Source: Candidatus Yanofskybacteria bacterium RIFCSPLOWO2_01_FULL_42_49
GTDB taxonomy: Bacteria > Patescibacteriota > Minisyncoccia > 2-02-FULL-40-12 > GWA2-44-9
Length of the DNA stretch: 64,000 nt
Assembly: GCA_001795615.1 (NCBI GenBank)
Contig: MGKI01000014.1
Span: forward strand, 69,380 to 133,379
Direction: 5' to 3'
Part shown: positions 57,775 through 64,000 of the stretch, piece by piece
How the letters are laid out: every line of letters starts with the position of its first letter
Numbering within the stretch: the first letter of the stretch is position 1
Notes under the pieces: model-generated
The model's input: only the letters and a program-made list of their open reading frames with translations
Told to the model about the DNA's origin: nothing
Databases searched by the model: none
Made by a program: the position numbers and the translations under genes

Positions 57775-59589
57775 CTAAAATTCCCCCAAAATAACCACCT
57801 CAGACCCCTCGAATGTTCTAATAAAATCCTCCATGCTTGTTTTTGGGTCTTTAACTTGCTCAAAATATCTGTACGCTGATTCTTTGTCTCCCTTATTAAA
57901 GTAGGCCCACCCTAAGGCAAATCTAAGCTCTTTCTGCTGAGGGTTATCGCCAAAATGTTTATGAATAAGCTCAATTGCCTCCTCCGGTTTTTCAAGGCTC
58001 ACTTTTGTCAAAGCTAAAAATAAAACTTCCGACCACCGCGGATAAATATCAACGGAATCAACTAAGACATTCTCAGCCGATTCAAAATATCCGTTTTCAT
58101 AATATAAAACTCCTAAACTTAAATAAGCCCTCAGGTAGTCAGCCCTTAACTCTATGGCTTTCTTCCACAATTCTTCCGACTTTTGGAGCTGACCTAATTT
58201 TTTGTAATTCTGTCCGGCAAGATTGAGAGCGGGAACATGTTCCGGGGCCAAATACAGTATCTTGTTTAATATCTCCTCTGCTTCCATGTACTTACCGGCT
58301 TTAAATTCCAAGTAGGCTTTGTTAGTCTGATTTACAATGCTATCAGGAGCCGCGGCATATGCGCTTTCGTATAGATTAGCGTCATTAAGCCAGTCTCGAT
58401 TCCTGTCTAGTATCAAGAACCCATAAAAAACCAAAATTATTGACACACATCCATATAAAACACGGGTATTTTTGACCCTAGGACCCAGCCACACAAAAAC
58501 AGCTCCAATCATAAAAGCAAGGCCAAGCGAGGGCATATAAAGCAACCGTTCCGCCATTATTGTGCCAGTTTTAAAAACCCAGTTGGAGATCACGAAATAA
58601 GAAGACAGGAAAATTATAATCCCGGATCGCATTAAAATATCTTTTCCCCTAAAGAGCAGCAGAACAACCAAACAGAATATAGCGATTCCCAGCATTGCTT
58701 CAAGCGAAGCAACGAGAGTTTTCACTGGTGGTATTTGGCCGAAAGAATAGTCGCTGGAAAGGTGAATCGGGAAAAAGGTCTTCACAAGATATAGATAAAA
58801 AACTTTAAACGATGTCCAAAGTCCGCTGAAAAAAGACGCAAATTTAATAGGATTGTAGACCGCCGTTGCGTCATTCTTCAAAAAATGTTCTCCCAAAGCT
58901 ATATAACGCAGGACGGCATAAAAAATAACAGATGGGATAAAATAATAAATATTTTTTACGGCTTTTTGGAAGCCAGGCTTCCAGCTGGAAGCCTGGCTTC
59001 CGGAACTAAATAATTCTAGGAACAAAAATATCGGCAAAAACGCTACGGCCATTTCCTTGCTCAATAAGCCAAGGAAGAACAAGGTAGAAGCAAAAATATA
59101 CCTTTGTTTAAGAGCAAGCAGCAGCGCTCCGATAACGAAAAGCAGAGAAAGAATCTCGGCCCTGCCTACTATTGATGTCACTGCTTCAGTATGGATCGGC
59201 AGAAACATAAAAAATAAAAAGCCGGCGAAGGCGGCTATTTTTGAAACGCTCAAACGATATAACAGAACAAACGCTAAAAAAGAAGTAAGGGCGTGAAGAA
59301 AAATATTGACAACATGAAAACCGACCGGAGAAGAGCCAAGTACAAAAGCGTTTAGAGAATAACTGGCAATAGTTAATGGCCTATAAAGCCCCGGGTGTGG
59401 CTGATAGGCGAAATAGGGGGTAATAAAAATCTTCCCAAACCCACCAAGCTGTCCGTCAATAAAAGGATTACCGACAATTACAATAGTATCGTCAAAAACA
59501 AAATCACCCCCTATCCCGTTGCCGAAAAGGACAAATGATAAAATAAGAGCCAAAACGGCAGCTAAAATTAGATCCTTAGTTCTGCCCAT
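57775..59589 (-). CDS. TMTC-like (DUF1736 + TPR) protein O-glycosyltransferase, GT-C
   Basis: DFVFDD, YRPL, HTEAV..I.GRAE, SKE, LSSDYS, AERLLYMPS, RNRDW, TPRs. Confidence 0.85.
   Translation of the reverse strand: MGRTKDLILAAVLALILSFVLFGNGIGGDFVFDDTIVIVGNPFIDGQLGGFGKIFITPYFAYQPHPGLYRPLTIASYSLNAFVLGSSPVGFHVVNIFLHALTSFLAFVLLYRLSVSKIAAFAGFLFFMFLPIHTEAVTSIVGRAEILSLLFVIGALLLALKQRYIFASTLFFLGLLSKEMAVAFLPIFLFLELFSSGSQASSWKPGFQKAVKNIYYFIPSVIFYAVLRYIALGEHFLKNDATAVYNPIKFASFFSGLWTSFKVFYLYLVKTFFPIHLSSDYSFGQIPPVKTLVASLEAMLGIAIFCLVVLLLFRGKDILMRSGIIIFLSSYFVISNWVFKTGTIMAERLLYMPSLGLAFMIGAVFVWLGPRVKNTRVLYGCVSIILVFYGFLILDRNRDWLNDANLYESAYAAAPDSIVNQTNKAYLEFKAGKYMEAEEILNKILYLAPEHVPALNLAGQNYKKLGQLQKSEELWKKAIELRADYLRAYLSLGVLYYENGYFESAENVLVDSVDIYPRWSEVLFLALTKVSLEKPEEAIELIHKHFGDNPQQKELRFALGWAYFNKGDKESAYRYFEQVKDPKTSMEDFIRTFEGSEVVILGEF
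58968..59001. repeat. Perfect 34-bp palindrome inside a CDS
   Basis: GGAAGCCAGGCTTCCAG|CTGGAAGCCTGGCTTCC. Confidence 0.9.
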
Positions 59590-59592
59590 CTT

Positions 59593-60174
59593 TTAAAAAC
59601 TGATTCTTACTTCAGCTTGGCCGGAACAGTTGACTTCTTTTACTTTTAAGTCCCCCCCCATAAACTGGCCATAAGTAACCGAAGCAGTAAGCAAATATGT
59701 CTTTGAAACTGGTTTTTCCGGCAAACGAATAGTCAAATTTTCATATTGTCCGTCAGGGACGATTAGATTGGCAAATAGATTCGGCCCGATGATCAAACTG
59801 TCATTCGGGATGATACGCCAATTTATTAAACGGCCTTGACTGTCTACATTCTGCCAGGATATTTTAGTATTAGAGGAATATAATCTGGGTTCAGAGAATT
59901 CAGCTTCGCCACTTACTTGGCAAGTGGCCGGTGACTTTATGCCATTAGGCCCAATGAAGGGTTCCCCTGTCGTAGCTGTTGGTTTTATTGTCATAGCAGG
60001 TGTCAAGGTAGGGATAGGCGCTGAAGAAGAACTTTGAACAACGTTTGGTCCGGTTGTGGGTTCAGCTGTTTGTTCAATATACTCCGCCGGTTTCGCAAAG
60101 TAAACAACCGAAATAATTCCTAGCACAAGGACCGCTACACTCCCCCACAACATAAAATTTCTCTTATTTTCCAT
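59593..60174 (-). CDS. Membrane-anchored exported protein with Thr/Pro-rich linker
   Basis: N-terminal TM helix, EPTTGP..PIPTLTP..PTATT, beta-rich C-domain with two Cys. Confidence 0.7.
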   Translation of the reverse strand: MENKRNFMLWGSVAVLVLGIISVVYFAKPAEYIEQTAEPTTGPNVVQSSSSAPIPTLTPAMTIKPTATTGEPFIGPNGIKSPATCQVSGEAEFSEPRLYSSNTKISWQNVDSQGRLINWRIIPNDSLIIGPNLFANLIVPDGQYENLTIRLPEKPVSKTYLLTASVTYGQFMGGDLKVKEVNCSGQAEVRISF

Positions 60175-60216
60175 CTCCAAATACTATCAAATATGACCAA
60201 TTAAATCAACTTCGGC

Positions 60217-62055
60217 TCAGATATCTATGTTAAATATTTTTGTACTCTTTAAGTTCCAAAAGAACGCATCTTCAGACAAAGCCGGATCCTTCAATCCCAA
60301 AAGCAGTTCTCTCGCCCTTAAATCATCGTCTAGCTTTAAATACGCTACACCGAGGATAAATCTTAATTCATATATTTTAGGTTTTATGCCGAATTTTTCT
60401 TCAATCAAACTTATGACTTCACGGTATTCTCCTAAACCAATCTTATTAAAGGACAGGAGAGTGGTCACATTTGGAGTATCGTACATTTCTTTTGCCTTAT
60501 GGAGTATTTCTTTACCAGATCCAAAGTCACCTCTTTTATAATATAATGCCCCCAAACTAAGATACGGATAGAGATAATCCGGTTGAGCTATGGTTGCTTT
60601 CCGCCACCATTCTTCGGCAATTTTATCTTCGCCTATTCTTTTATAAATTTGTCCGCCCAGGTGTAGCGTTGGGCTGTTTTTTGGTTCAATCTCTAGGGCC
60701 TTGTTTATTTTTTCCAACGCTTCTTCGTTTTTGCCCTCTCGAAAAAGTATACTTGCCACATTGGTTATATTTACAACACTATTAGGCGCTACTGCATAGG
60801 CGCTCTCAAAAAGATTCTTTTCATTAAGCCAATCTCTGTTCCGGTCAATAATCACATATCCATACCAAACAAATAAAGTTAAAAGTGGAAAATATAAAGT
60901 TAAAAGTGAAAGTTTTAAGTTAAAAATTTTAAACCTTGAGCTTTGATTTTCCCTCGACCTGAGCTCGGGACGAAGGTTAACTTTTAACTTCAAACTTTCA
61001 ACTCCAGCTGCTATCAGCATAACCAGCCCTAGTGATGGCATATACATCAGCCGTTCGGCCATTATCGTGCCGATTTTGACAAATAAGTTGGAAACGACTA
61101 GATAAGAAAATAGGAAAATCGTTGCTCCTAACCCAACCAAACTATTGTGTTTTGATATGGACAGATAACCAATGGCCACAAAAATGCCAATTCCCGCCAG
61201 CGCTTGCCACGAATCAAATAAATTGTTTACAGCAGTGATCTGGTTGTAGGAGTAATCAGATGAAAAATAGATCGGAAAAATGATCTTCTGAGCATAAAGA
61301 CAGGCGACCTTAAAGGCCGTCCATAAACCTGGCAGAATATCCATCGCCGCAATAGGATTAAAGAAGGAGTAGGTGTTAGTGTTGATAAAGTATTCAAAGC
61401 CCAACGCATTATACCGAAGCACCGCATAAACAGCCAACGACGGAATAAAATACACGATTTTTTTAAACAAACCCATGACCGATTCTTTTCTCTGCACAAA
61501 TTCAAAGAATAAAAATATCGGAATAAAGGCAATGCCGGTTTCTTTGCTCAACAAAGACAGAAAGAAAAAAACGGCAGCTGTCTTATAATAACCCTTCTTG
61601 ATTGATAAAAACGAGGCCAAGAAAAATAAGAACATCAAAAGTTCGCTCCTACCGGCAATCGAAGTCACTGCCTCAACATGAATAGGTAAAAATAAAAACA
61701 ACAACGAACTGACAATGGCCGTCGTTCTGTTTTTAAATCCTGACACGATTAAATAGATTAAAAATGAGGCGACGGCGTGAAGAAATATGTTAACCAAATG
61801 AAAACTTTGAGGTTGTCCGGGGGAAATACGCCAATTTAAAACATAACTGGCTATAGTTAGGGGACGATAAAGCCCTGATTGAAGCCGATCATAGTGATAA
61901 GGATGTAAAAAGGTCTTAAATACTCCAACAGAATCTTCCATTAGCGGATTGTCGGTAACTACCGAATGATCGTCAAACACAAAATCGCCATTAATACCGT
62001 TGCCGAAGAGAACAAGTGACAGAACAATAATAAGCGAGAAAATTAATTTATCCAT
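60217..62055 (-). CDS. TMTC-like (DUF1736 + TPR) protein O-glycosyltransferase, paralogue
   Basis: DFVFDD, YRPL, HVEAV..I.GRSE, SKE, SSDYS, AERLMYMPS, RNRDW, TPRs. Confidence 0.85.
   Translation of the reverse strand: MDKLIFSLIIVLSLVLFGNGINGDFVFDDHSVVTDNPLMEDSVGVFKTFLHPYHYDRLQSGLYRPLTIASYVLNWRISPGQPQSFHLVNIFLHAVASFLIYLIVSGFKNRTTAIVSSLLFLFLPIHVEAVTSIAGRSELLMFLFFLASFLSIKKGYYKTAAVFFFLSLLSKETGIAFIPIFLFFEFVQRKESVMGLFKKIVYFIPSLAVYAVLRYNALGFEYFINTNTYSFFNPIAAMDILPGLWTAFKVACLYAQKIIFPIYFSSDYSYNQITAVNNLFDSWQALAGIGIFVAIGYLSISKHNSLVGLGATIFLFSYLVVSNLFVKIGTIMAERLMYMPSLGLVMLIAAGVESLKLKVNLRPELRSRENQSSRFKIFNLKLSLLTLYFPLLTLFVWYGYVIIDRNRDWLNEKNLFESAYAVAPNSVVNITNVASILFREGKNEEALEKINKALEIEPKNSPTLHLGGQIYKRIGEDKIAEEWWRKATIAQPDYLYPYLSLGALYYKRGDFGSGKEILHKAKEMYDTPNVTTLLSFNKIGLGEYREVISLIEEKFGIKPKIYELRFILGVAYLKLDDDLRARELLLGLKDPALSEDAFFWNLKSTKIFNIDI
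60874..61003. repeat. In-frame (AAAGTTA)n / (TAACTTT)n heptamer element with a central GC hairpin
   Basis: Same heptamer as 8982-9088; centre CCCTCGACCTGAG|CTCGGGACGAAGG at 60951-60976. Confidence 0.8.
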
Positions 62056-62083
62056 TTAAACAAAATACAAAAAAACAAACTAA

Positions 62084-62115
62084 AATAAAAGGCTCATCGT
62101 GATAAGCCTTTTATT
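62084..62115 (-). terminator. Intrinsic terminator
   Basis: AATAAAAGGCT ... AGCCTTTTATT downstream of the 62133 stop. Confidence 0.65.
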
Positions 62116-62132
62116 ATTCAAATTTTTAGTTT

Positions 62133-63374
62133 TTAGATCTTTTCCAAATAATCACCATGAACCCACCCTTCTTTGCCCTCAAATGTTATCTTGTGCCATA
62201 AACCACTTTTGCCCAAACTCGTTACTTTGTCGCCAGCATCAAGCTGTCCCAAAATTGAACCTGCGGTACTAGCCGATGATCTGACGTTAAGGAACCCAAC
62301 ACTAGAAACAATCTTGTACTGATTGGCTGTTGATACGGTAGTTCCAGAAGATGCAGTTCCAGAAGATGAGGTAGCTTTTCTTGTATAATCGGGTATTTGA
62401 TTTACGGAAGTATAATCAGATCCCTTTGGGTACCAATTAAACTCTTTAGTATTTATACAGAAAACCTTTTTAAAGAAATTGGGATCGTCGGCAACAGCTT
62501 GCGCTCCGGTAGTGTTAACCCAGTGAAGTTTCCCTGTATCTTCGCCGGTGGTTTCCACACCATAAACTTTTACATCATTAGTTTCGCAATTTCTGAAAAG
62601 ACCAGAGGTTACGAACACATCCCTCGTCGTAGATGTAGCGCTTTTAATCTTGGAAAATCCGCCAAGATGGCCATAGAATCCAAATATCGCAGGATTTAAG
62701 AATAACCTTTTATAACCATGCGGGTTAACTATATAAACATCGGGGTCACTTGAACCGGCGGCACTAATGACATCACCGTCTTTTAAGCTTACGGCCGCCA
62801 AGCTGACGAACCCTTGTGAGGCCGGGGTTGGCTTGCTTGTTGAAACAGATGTGGGCGACACAGTCGGGGTCGGCGTCACTGAAACCGCCGGACTCACTGT
62901 CGGAGTTGGAGTCGGAGTTGGAGTTGCCGTAGTCGTGGTCGTGGTTGTAGTTGTGGTCGTTCCGCCTCCACCACCACCTCCACCACCACTATTTCCTGCG
63001 GTACCGCAAGCATTCGAGCTGGGTGTTATTATTACCGTTTTTGTAGAACTAGGAGCTATCGTCAATTCCGACTTATCGCTGAAACATTCGTATTCAAAAG
63101 CGCTGTCATTGGTCAACAATTTCCTATCAGACGATCGAAGCTTAAATGTCTGACCAGAGGTAATCTCAATGGTTATGGTGGTATTGGTAGTTATTATCGA
63201 ATTTACCACGGAACCGTCTACTATCGTCATGTTTCCCACATCAAGAGCAACAGTTGTGTCTCCAGTAGAAGTGGCGGTTGTAGCATTGGTTTTGTTTACT
63301 CCGACCAATAGCAGTCCTGCCATTAAAACAATAACGAGTAACGGCAGAAAAAAGTTAGTTTTTAATAATTTCAT
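62133..63374 (-). CDS. Secreted surface protein with Gly/Thr/Pro-rich linker and C-terminal bacterial SH3 domain
   Basis: Signal peptide, poly-G/poly-T/(TP)n linker, LNVRSSAST...W.KI...GWV...YL. Confidence 0.85.
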   Translation of the reverse strand: MKLLKTNFFLPLLVIVLMAGLLLVGVNKTNATTATSTGDTTVALDVGNMTIVDGSVVNSIITTNTTITIEITSGQTFKLRSSDRKLLTNDSAFEYECFSDKSELTIAPSSTKTVIITPSSNACGTAGNSGGGGGGGGGTTTTTTTTTTTATPTPTPTPTVSPAVSVTPTPTVSPTSVSTSKPTPASQGFVSLAAVSLKDGDVISAAGSSDPDVYIVNPHGYKRLFLNPAIFGFYGHLGGFSKIKSATSTTRDVFVTSGLFRNCETNDVKVYGVETTGEDTGKLHWVNTTGAQAVADDPNFFKKVFCINTKEFNWYPKGSDYTSVNQIPDYTRKATSSSGTASSGTTVSTANQYKIVSSVGFLNVRSSASTAGSILGQLDAGDKVTSLGKSGLWHKITFEGKEGWVHGDYLEKI

Positions 63375-63394
63375 TTGTGGTGATTAGATTATTT

Positions 63395-63802
63395 TTATTT
63401 TTGTTGCTGAATACTCTGAATCGTTTTGACAACTTGAGAGTCAAGCCTCATATTTTCCCAAAATAGAACTTGATCTTGGTTTACTATCATTTCGTCCTTA
63501 GGGCCATGAGGCTCGCCTACGCCAAGCTTAACAAGTTGGCCAGCGCCACTTTCATTTATCTTAACATAATAAACATCGGATAAGATCAAATAATCTGAAC
63601 TGATATTCTTCAAGCGTCCAAAGTATATCTGGTCATTTGTTAAGAACACTGCTTGGTATGTATCCGAATCAATAAATTTACTTCTATCGTAACTGTCATA
63701 CTTTAACCAATTGGTTAGAAAAGATGATCCAATAACACCGACAACAAATCCGACTACAACCAAACCGACAGTGACAATTGGAACATACTTAATCTTAGGC
63801 AT
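63395..63802 (-). CDS. Conserved CPR-type hypothetical membrane-anchored protein
   Basis: N-terminal TM helix, YQAVFLTNDQIYFG, LVKLG..E.HGP.D.M. Confidence 0.75.
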   Translation of the reverse strand: MPKIKYVPIVTVGLVVVGFVVGVIGSSFLTNWLKYDSYDRSKFIDSDTYQAVFLTNDQIYFGRLKNISSDYLILSDVYYVKINESGAGQLVKLGVGEPHGPKDEMIVNQDQVLFWENMRLDSQVVKTIQSIQQQK

Positions 63803-63820
63803 GGACTATGTTTCAATTAA

Positions 63821-64000
63821 TTAATGGCATCGAACAGTACTGAGGGTCGGCGTGGTAGAACCTTGATTAAAGCGCATATATATCCATGCTCCTGTTGAAG
63901 ATTTCAATTGAAAACAAGTGCCTAGAGTCGCAGTATTCCCGCCGCCGAAGTAAAAACTAGCCGTACCCGTACCAGGACCAACAAACTGCGCAGTATAACC
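63821..64000 (-). CDS. C-terminus of a Gly/Thr-rich protein entering from the right edge (partial)
   Basis: Open frame GYTAQFVGPGTGTASFYFGGG...GTCFQLK...TVRCH, stop TAA at 63823-63821. Confidence 0.6.
   Translation of the reverse strand, partial: GYTAQFVGPGTGTASFYFGGGNTATLGTCFQLKSSTGAWIYMRFNQGSTTPTLSTVRCH

Noticed and set aside
62767..63153. Val/Pro-rich + strand ORF and apparent DNA repeat
   Set aside because: Antisense of the poly-Thr/Gly/(TP)n linker; codons vary, so this is protein-level low complexity

Overview
AT-rich bacterial window, most likely Patescibacteria/CPR (Parcubacteria; the domain in 62133-63374 and the YQAVFLTN protein recall Yanofskybacteria-like genomes, by recognition rather than a search). 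Almost all of it is one ~60 kb surface-glycan locus. It holds a pseudaminic-acid-type nonulosonate pathway (PseC, PseI, NeuB-cytidylyltransferase fusion, HisH/HisF/amidotransferase trio, GNAT, Maf/DUF115 transferase), glycan tailoring enzymes (carbamoyltransferase, deacetylases, methyltransferases, three radical SAM enzymes) and about 15 soluble glycosyltransferases. It also has four membrane GT-C-type enzymes (ArnT/PMT-like, O-antigen-ligase/OTase-like, two TMTC-like) next to Thr/Pro-rich secreted proteins. Signals the gene list does not explain: (1) a kinase-like/methyltransferase (NoeA-like) + YLDPGTGS micro-protein + two Thr-nucleophile membrane phosphotransferase module; (2) GC-rich palindromic elements and 7/8-bp repeats inserted in frame in many enzymes, two of them sharing ACCCCCACAC...GTGTGGGGGT ends; (3) a 10-bp-phased TGAYAY array upstream of three genes; (4) a transketolase pair fused by deletion. 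No rRNA, tRNA, CRISPR array or transposase was seen.
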